The notes beneath the pieces were generated by a model. It saw only the letters and a list, made by a program, of their open reading frames with translations. It was not told where the DNA came from and ran no database searches. DNA of 64,000 nt from Squalus acanthias (Eukaryota): NCBI GenBank assembly GCA_030390025.1, contig CM059441.1, positions 67,208,001 through 67,272,000 on the forward strand, in the 5' to 3' direction. Positions 1-21,289 of the stretch are shown here, one piece after another; the stretch's first letter is position 1, and every line of letters starts with the position of its first letter. The position numbers and the translations under genes were made by a program.

Positions 1-309
1 AACCTTTGTTGACAATATTAAAAGAACACTTTTCCTATTAACTTGTTTTGCAAACAGTTCCTTCTCAAAATCTTTCAAAACAATTTTAAATATAAAAATA
101 GCTTTGGAAAAAGCAAATGAAAAACATTAAAATGATGATAACAAGACTATTGGATGTGTTCTGTGGGTATCTCCATGCCTGACTCCATCAGAATGCAGCT
201 TCTCTACGAAAACCAAGGCCTACTTCTGGTGTGGTGCTAAGATATATAGTCCAGATCTCAGGGCCTAATCCCCAGTTTGTGCTGAGTTAGCTCATCTCAC
301 TCTGCCTCC

Positions 310-860
310 AATGGTGGGACACAGGGAGGGGAGATGTGCACAAGCGGCAGGAGTCGGAAGACCGAAAGGTACCGGAGGGAATGTAAAGCTGGAGAAGGTT
401 GCAGAGATAGGGTAGGGAAGGGTGAGGCGATGGAGGTTAATAGAAGATAGGATTTAATCTTAACGTTTTGGGGGAACAGGGAGAAATTGTAGGACAGCAA
501 GGAGAGGAGTGACGTGCAAGAGGGTCGGGATTCCGACAGCTGAGTTTTGAACAGGCTGGAGTTTATGGAGGGTGCTAGGCCAGTAAGGACAACACTGAAA
601 AAAAATCAAGTCTGGAGCTAACAAAAGTATGGGTAAGGGTTCCAGCGGCAGCGAGATAGGTGTGGTGGCCGGCAATGTTATGGAAGTGGAAATAAGCGAC
701 GTTGGAGATGTTTAGGATGGCAGGTTTGAAGCGGAGCTCGAGGCTGAACAGGATGCCAAGGTTTCACATACGCTGGTTCAGCTTGAGCAGGGGGCTAGGG
801 AGCGGGTGGAGACAGTGTGAAGGGAACAGAGTTTATGCAAGAGACCAAAAATGATGGTCC
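310..860 (-). mobile_element. Degraded L2 LINE fragment
   Basis: Translates to the L2 3' region (TLHKLQPVQNSA...HVTPLL). Confidence 0.65.
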
Positions 861-1299
861 CTGATGAGTACCCCAGCATCAGTCAGTTCTTTTGCTGTTT
901 GTTGAGTAACTCATTATTGGCCAGTGGAATAGAAAGAGACAAAATAGAATCAATAATCAAGATGTAGAGAGAAAGCTAACTACACTCCCACCCATCTAGA
1001 ACTCTGGATAATAAAAGCACAGCAATATTATGCAGCACAGTTTAATAGCATGGGCAGGAAAGGGGGGGAAAAAAAAAGAGGGACAGTAGTCCATGGCAAA
1101 TCTTAAAAGGGTGTGGGTTCACCTAATTTCCCCAAAATTTAGATTAGTTTCCCCAATCTAAAACATGCTGCCATGGGGAGATGACAAACAAAAATCTCTT
1201 ACTTCAGGGAAAGTCAGAGGGACAGTAACCGAAGACAGAACTGTATAACTTACCCCAGTCTTAACCTTGAACCGCGTCAGTCTCTAGCTTTTCTCCCAC

Positions 1300-1630
1300 C
1301 TTCTCCGAGCTCAGCTTGTCCAAGGGACCCACCTCCTGCTCTGTTGACCCACATTCCCATTAAACTGCTGATCATCCAACTTCCCTTTCTGGCCCGCATT
1401 CTAGCTGGTATTGTCAATGGTTCCCAGTCAGGTTTCCGCCTCTGCTACAGCACTGAAACGGTTCTAATGAAAGTCACAAATGGCATCCTGTGACTGCGAC
1501 CACGGTATTAACTCAGTACACGCCTCAGCCTTCTCGATCTCTGCAGCCTGTGACACGGTTAGCCACACCATCCTCTTCCAACGCCACTCCTTCACTGTCC
1601 ATCAGTGTGGGACTGCCCTTGGTTTCTTTT
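1300..1630 (+). mobile_element. Degraded L2 LINE RT fragment
   Basis: QSGFR..STET..KVTN and AAxDTVxH-like motifs. Confidence 0.65.
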
Positions 1631-1840
1631 ACTCTTAAAAATCAAAAAAGTTCTAGATACCAGAGATATTAAATGTTTTGGGACTACTAGCCTATTAGCA
1701 GCAAACTTCTGAAACTCACTCCCCGTAAGTGTGGCTAACGCATCTCACATCAGTTTGATCCACTTCCAAGTTGAAGAGCTTTAAGGGTCTAAATTATCTC
1801 TTGGGACATTGCCAAAGTTAATAAAATGTCTGAGGCATAC

Positions 1841-14325
<12,485 letters not shown>

Positions 14326-14559
14326 GGTGGGATGAGAGAGAGCTCGGTCAACCTGAGGGAGGGGGGAGAGAAAAGAGACGGAAGGTCAAATTCCAGAAAA
14401 ATGAAGTCAATATCAGGAGTGAAATTCCAACACAAACCCACTTAAAGGCACTGAGCTGAAAGTTACTGGTTCATGGGACTGATATTAAATGGGGACATTT
14501 TATACCCAGCCTGAGATCTTAAAACGAAGAGCCGGGAGGGGGGAGGACTCAATTCAGCG

Positions 14560-14790
14560 GGGAAATTCAGCTAGGCCGCAGCGTGACAGCTCAATAATGC
14601 GGAGTTCGGCGCGGGCCCGCCTCCCGCCTCGCGCGCGCGCACGCACGCTCTCTCTCCACGGCCTGAACGCCAGGCGGTGCACGCGCACGCACACACGCAG
14701 CACCACCTTCCGGCACGCGCCCGGCCGGGTGTCAGGGGCGAGGCGGCAGCGCCTGTCAATCACCCCCGGGGTGGTGGGGACTCAGTGCAC
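14560..14790 (-). promoter_or_regulatory. CpG-rich putative POLM promoter
   Basis: Sharp CpG/GC enrichment with GCGCGCGC and GC-box-like motifs 250-450 bp upstream of the ATG. Confidence 0.65.
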
Positions 14791-15118
14791 CAGCGCAGCA
14801 CAGCTTACGGTTTTGCTGCAGGATGGTTAAATTTGCTTGCTGCAAAAATCCGACAGAACCCAGTCCGAAAGACGGTGCTTGTCCAGGTCTGTCAGACAGT
14901 TTGACCGCGATAGTATTGCATCAAGTACAACTCACTTTTTCCTACATTGCAACATCGAGACTGCCCGTCAAAAAGTACTTCGTTGGCTGTAACGCGCTTT
15001 GGGACGTCTGGTGGTCCTGAAAGGTCTTGCAAGTGGCACCAAAGACTGAGTCAGACACTAAGCTGCATTAACTGGCACTACTCTTAATGAACAACAACCA
15101 CACTACAATTTATACCAT

Positions 15119-15639
15119 TGTTGTAGGGGCTAATCGGAGCCTTAAGCGGACCAACCGTGAAGGAGAGTCGACGCGTTACCCGACTTAGCCCGACTGAGCA
15201 ATAAAACTCAAACACCAATTTACACGGTTAGATGCGGGAGTACACTTTATTGCAGAGCGCTCTGGGAGAGAATTGATGCACCCGCGTGCAGTCACCGACC
15301 TCTCAGATAAGTCACTCCGGGGCACAGTATTTTATACATCCATCATTGATCACATCGTGCTCACATGAGCGCGTGATAGTTATTAGAATCCAATCAATTT
15401 TATGTATACAATTGTTAAGCATGGTAAATAAATTCAATTAACGTCAGGGTACAGTTGATGTGATCAGCCTCGTCTATGTGACAGTGTTATCTCGAGCCCT
15501 GTATGTTGTAACGTTGTCTGACAAGGCAGACTGCCAACCCATTGCAGCATGTTAAAGTCCTGTGTCAGCGAATTTAAAGTTCATTAACTGGATGAGTTTT
15601 TCTTCTCCGACATTTCTTTAATAATTTTCTTCTCCAACA
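15119..15639 (-). repeat. 3' LTR
   Basis: Direct repeat of 20769-21289; TATAAAA at 15330-15336 and AATAAA at 15246-15251 on the minus strand. Confidence 0.97.
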
Positions 15640-15648
15640 CTCCCTTCT
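15640..15648 (-). promoter_or_regulatory. Polypurine tract
   Basis: AGAAGGGAG immediately before the TG of the 3' LTR. Confidence 0.8.
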
Positions 15649-15717
15649 GTTGGTCCGGGGGCACGACCTTCTTGCCCCCAGGAAACCACTGCTCCGTGCC
15701 TCTTCACGGGGTCGACG

Positions 15718-17128
15718 CTACAGCCACTGGCTCATCTCTTGAGGGCTGGCTACCCCGGCGACGGTGTCATGCGTTTCCTCCCTGGGCTGGAGATTGGTGT
15801 ATCCTTCCTTTTCTTCGTCTTCGAGCAACGGCTCCTCTTCCCGTACGGCGCTGACTGACATTAGCTGGGTTCTGGCAATCTTACAACATGTCTTTAACAA
15901 GGTTATCAAGCAACATACAGCGACACATATCATCACTATCACAACCATTACGTGCATAATCCAGGGGCCCCATTCTGTTAGCCCCACCCATTCTAGCCAT
16001 GACTGTGTCGGTTCCCGGTGTAATTTCTTAATCTCTTCCTTCATGTGGTTTACCAAGTTGGTGATGTTTTCCGAACTATCAGGGATGTAAGGACAACACT
16101 CTTGCCCGATCACCGCGCAAGTGCCTCCTTCCTTTGCAAGCTGGTAGTCCAGTGCCATCCTGTTTTGCATGGCCACTGTCCTGAGGGCTACCATTTCTGC
16201 GCTTATTTCTGCAAGGGCTTCTGTGGTGTCGTTGGCTACCTTCTCGAGAATTTGGGCATTGTTAATGATTTTCCGTGCTAATTTACCCACCCTCCCAGTG
16301 GGGGAAGGCGACGGCGAAGAATCGCTCAGTCTCCGTAATTCCTCGCCTGGTTCGATAACAATGGTGCTCCGTGAGGGATTTGAGATGGTATACATAAGGC
16401 ATGACGTATCCCAGGTAACATGACCCGGTCCAATCTCTGGGCAGCCATGGGTACGCTTTGTGCCCGCATATAAAATATGTTCCATTGTAGGCCGTCATAT
16501 CCATGTTTGCCCGAAAGATAGTGAAACCCATCTGACTATCTGTGGCCCGTCGGGTCCCATTCCACGGTTGGTTACTCGTTAAGTTTAGCAGACCAGTGGT
16601 ATTAAACCACCAGCTTTCAAATGCCGTGTTCCCCATCTCATATGTCACAAAGGTTTGGGTGCAATTACTATTTCCTGCCTCTAGGTTCACCTTCACCCCT
16701 CTACTTACACTCCTTGTCCAACATATTTCCCCGACGGGTCTTCCGACCCCGGTTGTGTTTGTTAGGGCGAAGAAGGGTGGATCTTTACTAGAGTTGTACT
16801 TGGGTTTGTAACATCCCTTAAATCGTTCCAATGGGTACCCTCCACCTCGGAACTCCTCCCTCGTGACGTCATGATAGCTGTTCTGGTCATTAAGCGCAAA
16901 TTCTGCTAGTTCCGTGAGATTCAGGGGTATGGGCCGCAGTGGTATCCCACCCTTACTATGGATCGGAATATGGCTACACACCCAACAGCTACTTTGCCCT
17001 GTCTCCTTTACATATTCATACGACCTATATACAAAGGTATCCACCTGGAGCTCTCTTCGCTTACGGGAGCCCCTTTCCATTCCCGAAACAATGCATGTTA
17101 ACGCTATTAAACAAAGTGGTATCCCCAT
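15718..17128 (-). pseudogene. env: Gamma-type env with a single +1 frameshift near 16290-16305
   Basis: Signal peptide, CWVC (CXXC), furin site RTRR, ISD MQNRMALDYQLAKEGG, CX6CC (CAVIGQECC), transmembrane helix and cytoplasmic tail; SU and TM are in different frames. Confidence 0.92.
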
Positions 17129-17290
17129 TTTTACTTGGAAGCAGGCACTGTCTATCACTGCGTCGTTGCCGCTTCTGGTAGCACTCTTGTATTAACATAC
17201 AAACATAAAAACACAGTAGTACACCAAATGCAATAAGCCAAAGCACGAATGCAAACAGGTAAGGTAATTGGACATTTACGGGTCGCTTGA

Positions 17291-17330
17291 TCTGTAGGTA
17301 AAAGAAACACAAAGAAGCGCCCATTAGTTC
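17291..17330 (-). promoter_or_regulatory. env splice acceptor
   Basis: CTAAT branch point, polypyrimidine tract TTCTTTGTGTTTCTTTTACCTACAG, AG at 17293-17292. Confidence 0.75.
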
Positions 17331-19093
17331 ATCTTTTCTCCATACATTTTTAATTGTGTCCAATGTTTCCAGACTCCCTTCCCCCTTATGTCCAGACAGG
17401 CACAGGTATCACCACTAATTATAATTTCGTACGGTCCGCTCCATTTTGGGGCGAAGCCTGGCTTGTCAGGCAGGACCTTCAGCATCACTTTGCTGCCCGC
17501 TGACGGCACGGAGGGTGTCATGACCCCCTCCTGTGCCTGATCCTGAAGTTCCTGATTGTCTCGTACGGCTTGGCGCATCCCCTTCAGTTGGGTGCTAAGC
17601 TCTAAGACGTAACGCCGTAGTCTGTCCTTTAAGGGGCCCACATCAGCCCCACCTGTTATGATGCCTTCTGGTAATTGCATTGCCCTTCCTGTCATTAGTT
17701 CATAAGGGGTCAGGCCTGTCGTACGATTCGTGGTGGCTCGTAACTTCATTAGGATAAGGGGTAAAACCTCAACCCATGTTTTCCCAGATTCCTGTATTGC
17801 TTTTGCTAAAGCGTTTTTGAGTGTTTGATTCATTCTTTCAACCATTCCCGAGCTCTGGGGGTGGTAAGGGATATGGAACTTCTGTTTAATCCCCATCAGC
17901 TGACAAATATTCTTTACTACACTCCCTGTAAAGTGCGTTCCTTGGTCAGAGTCGATTTGCAAGGGCACTCCCCACCGCGGGATTACTTCCTCGGCCAGGA
18001 TTCTGGCTACCGTTAAGGCCGTGCAATTCCGCGTTGGGAAAGCTTCTACCCACCTTGTGAACTGGTCAATTATCACAAGGCAGTATATTTTTCCGTGGGA
18101 CTGGGGAAGTGGTCCCGTAAAATCAATTTGTATGTGCTCCCAAGGACCTCGGGGTCTTGGCTGGTGGCCCATTCTAATTTTAATAGGCTGGCCAGGATTA
18201 TGCTGAGCACAAGTGATACATCGCTGACAGTGCCTCGCGATGTCTCTTCCCATCCCCTTCCACCACCAATCCTTACTTATTAAGGAGCTCATTGCCTCTC
18301 TCCCTGTATGTGAAATACCATGATGTATCTCTAGCAGAGTCTGTTGTATACACTCCGGTGCTACTACTTTACCTTCTTTTCGCCAGACTTGATCGGATCC
18401 TACTCCAGCTCCATTTCTTACCCATGTTTCCTTTTCCGTGTCCGATGCTTCGTCTTGGACTTCCCAGATCTTTATTTCGTTCTCCGGGCTGTCTACGCTG
18501 CCCACTGGTACTTCGTTTATCTCCTCCTGTTCTAGAGCTGCCTGTGCTGCCCGATCAGCCGCCTGGTTCCCCTGGTGGCTGTCCCAGTCTGGGCTTGTCT
18601 TGTCTGGTTCTTTCTGATGGGCCTTAATTTTGATAACTGCCACCTGTTTAGGTCTTTTGCTTGCTTCTAGCAAGGCCTCTATTCGTCCCTGATGTTTGAT
18701 GGGGTTACCTCCTGTGGTTATATACCCTCTACGTCCCCATGCTGTCATGTAGTCATGCACTACCCCGAAGGCATACCGGCTATCTGTGTATATATTGACT
18801 ACCTGGTTCTTTGCTTCATTCAATGCTTGAGTCAACGCGACCAACTCTGCTACTTGGGCTGATAAGCTACCGTCTAACCGTCCAGATTTAACTACTTCCA
18901 TCTTACTATTAACTACTGCCCACCCGGTTCGGGGTTGTCCATTAATATATTTACGGGATCCATCTACTTAGAATGCTTCCTCCACTTCCTCTAGAGGGGT
19001 GTCTTTGATAATCTCTTCTCCAATGTCCTCGTCTATTTTTTTTACAACTGTGTGGGGCTCCTGTTCCCAGGATCCCCTCAGCTGGGTTCTCCC
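17324..19093 (-). pseudogene. pol: Short pol, in frame with gag: linker + RNase H + integrase, with one internal TAA at 18968-18970
   Basis: F*VDGS, SAQVAELVAL, IYTDSRY, KAH, GNQAAD (RNase H); HHCC; QIDF, SDQG, GMVERMN (DDE); WSGPYEI. No protease or RT motifs. Confidence 0.92.
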
Positions 19094-20404
19094 CTATGTC
19101 TCCTTTTCTTCGGGGGTCATGGTGACGTGGGTCGTCTCAGGTCTGCCATGTTTACTGAAACAAGTGGCCTCAGTATGGCCCTTCTTATTACAGTAAGTAC
19201 ATGTCTTCTTAGCCTTACAATCTCTAATAAAATGTCCAGGCTTCCCGCAACCATGACATGCCCCCTTGGGTCCCACTGCCTGTTTTACCGCACTTACACT
19301 TTCCTGTTTAACCTTGGCCGTACCTTCCTCTTTGGCTTTTAACCCGTCTACCCCACAAGCCCACTCTACTAGGTCGTCGTAATTCCTGGTTGTTACTACG
19401 CCCATCTTGATGATAGCCTGGTGTGCGGGAGACAAGCCATCTTTAAAGGCCTGAATGAAAGCGGGGTCAGTTCTTGCCAGCCCTGGTTGGCCTGATGACT
19501 CTCCATAAACAATAAACAGCCTTTCTCCATATTCGGAGGCCCCCTCGCCCTTTTGCTGCTTACAGGACGTTATCTTACTCCAATTAGTCGGGGCCTCTCC
19601 TAACACCCGCTGGATTTCTGTTTTAAACAGATTAAAGGGAGCCTGTTGTCGGTCTATTGTATCTGCCAATGGACATTGTTCAGTCCATCGACCGGTCTTA
19701 TAAGCCGTATTGGCCTGATTGGGGGTGGTCTGCATGAGGCGCCATCGGTCGACCGGACATGCTGCCCGGACCAACTGATGAACGTCACGCAGGTGGAGGC
19801 TGTGTCCCAGCCAAACCATATCTAGGTTTGCCCAGAACTTGGTGTTGGCACTTCGTGTTTGTAAGTTCCCCAGGTCTTTCAAAATCTGTTGCCTTTCTCC
19901 CGGGGTAAAAGGCTGAAAATCCGCCCTTGCCCCGGCGGCAGCAGGCTGGCCCCTCATTCTAACGGGGGCCGCAAAATATTCTTCTGTTGTATCTCCGACT
20001 GTTTCTTCAGTTGGGGCTGTTGGTCCGGAAAGTCCGTACGGGGGGAGTGGATCTGTGTTACACCCCGTCCACCTTCCGGGACACATTCTACTTTGTTCTT
20101 GATTTATTCCCTCTAGTATTTCTACCTTCTTTTTTAAATCTGCTATTTCTCTGTATTTGGCCTTATCAGTCTCTCGGACCTTATCTACTTGCTCGATTAG
20201 TCCCGCCAATTGGTGTACCAAAAGAACTCCCGTTTTCTTGGTTTTCTCCCTTTTTTGCTTACGTACCCACTCTCGTTGTGACTCTAATGACTGGCTAACA
20301 TCCCAGCCATCTTTCTGCATTCTGTCTATCAGCGAACGTCTATCTGTCATGTAACTATTAATAAGGGACCCCGGGGGCCCCATCTTAACGTCCTTACCTG
20401 ACAT
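19094..20404 (-). CDS. gag: Retroviral Gag, intact ORF of ~436 aa
   Basis: Late-domain-like LPPY and PTAP; MHR-like CKQQKGEGASEYGERL; two CCHC knuckles CHGCGKPGHFIRDC and CTYCNKKGHTEATC; ends in TAG-G. Confidence 0.92.
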   Translation of the reverse strand: MSGKDVKMGPPGSLINSYMTDRRSLIDRMQKDGWDVSQSLESQREWVRKQKREKTKKTGVLLVHQLAGLIEQVDKVRETDKAKYREIADLKKKVEILEGINQEQSRMCPGRWTGCNTDPLPPYGLSGPTAPTEETVGDTTEEYFAAPVRMRGQPAAAGARADFQPFTPGERQQILKDLGNLQTRSANTKFWANLDMVWLGHSLHLRDVHQLVRAACPVDRWRLMQTTPNQANTAYKTGRWTEQCPLADTIDRQQAPFNLFKTEIQRVLGEAPTNWSKITSCKQQKGEGASEYGERLFIVYGESSGQPGLARTDPAFIQAFKDGLSPAHQAIIKMGVVTTRNYDDLVEWACGVDGLKAKEEGTAKVKQESVSAVKQAVGPKGACHGCGKPGHFIRDCKAKKTCTYCNKKGHTEATCFSKHGRPETTHVTMTPEEKET

Positions 20405-20440
20405 CGCCCGTCCGCTCTCCAATCACACTCTCCAGTAAAC

Positions 20441-20449
20441 ACTCACCGC
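20441..20449 (-). promoter_or_regulatory. Probable major splice donor of the ERV
   Basis: GCG|GTGAGT about 40 nt upstream of the gag ATG; a second strong donor CAG|GTAAGG lies 7 nt into gag. Confidence 0.55.
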
Positions 20450-20748
20450 CTCTCTTCACTCTCCCGTCCTTCTGGACTCGCGAACTCGTTTACCGACGTG
20501 TCTAGTTGCCTGGAGTTCCAGATCTCGCAAGCACCGCCCGCAGACTTTATCACAGGTTTTACTCTGTACCTTTAACCTACGGCCCAAAAATTTGACATAG
20601 TAATGCAGAATACTCACAACGATTCCCCCTCTGCCTTCCGAGAATACCCGGACCAAAAACCCCTATAAAGTGTACTCTCGCAAATCCCCTCAGATTCTTT
20701 CGGTTACTCGAGCCCGTTAACACTTGATCAGGGTGTCGGTACTCAGTA

Positions 20749-20766
20749 ACCCTGCTCGCAGCGCCA
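20749..20766 (-). promoter_or_regulatory. Primer-binding site, tRNA-Ser (UGA/CGA type)
   Basis: TGGCGCTGCGAGCAGGGT, 2 nt from the 5' LTR; closely complementary to vertebrate tRNA-Ser 3' ends as recalled, not aligned. Confidence 0.8.
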
Positions 20767-20768
20767 AT

Positions 20769-21289
20769 TGTTGTAGGGGCTAATCGGAGCCTTAAGCGGA
20801 CCAACCGTGAAGGAGAGTCGACGCGTTACCCGACTTAGCCCGACTGAGCAATAAAACTCAAACACCACTTTACACGGTTAAATGCGGGAGTACACTTTAT
20901 TGCAGAGCGCTCTGGGAGAGAATTGATGCACCCGCGTGCAGTCACCGACCTCTCTGATAAGTCACTCCGGGGCACAGTATTTTATACATCCATCATTGAT
21001 CACATCGTGCTCACATGAGCGCGTGATAGTTATTAGAATCCAATCAATTTTATGTATACAATTGTTAAGCATGGTAAATAAATTCAATTAACGTCAGGGT
21101 ACAGTTGATGTGATCAGCCTCGTCTATGTGACAGTGTTATCTCGAGCCCTGTATGTTGTAACGTTGTCTGACAAGGCAGACTGCCAACCCATTGCAGCAT
21201 GTTAAAGTCCTGTGTCAGCGAATTTAAAGTTCATTAACTGGATGAGTTTTTCTTCTCCGACATTTCTTTAATAATTTTCTTCTCCAACA
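20769..21289 (-). repeat. 5' LTR
   Basis: 518/521 identical to 15119-15639; TATAAAA at 20980-20986 and AATAAA at 20896-20901 on the minus strand. Confidence 0.97.

Larger units (their letters stand above)
15119..21289 (-). mobile_element. Endogenous retrovirus provirus, 6171 bp: LTR-PBS-gag-(RNase H-IN)-env-PPT-LTR, lacking PR and RT
   Basis: Two 521-bp TGTTG...CAACA LTRs; CCAT TSD at 15115-15118 and 21290-21293; PBS, PPT and retroviral protein motifs. Confidence 0.97.

Noticed and set aside
1-1840. POLM exon 9 or later
   Set aside because: No RVDLV or ALLGWTGS-type sequence was found; the remaining exons must lie outside the window.
15764-20354. Plus-strand ORFs inside the ERV as antisense genes
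   Set aside because: All are short (108 aa or less) shadows of minus-strand coding sequence with no motifs.
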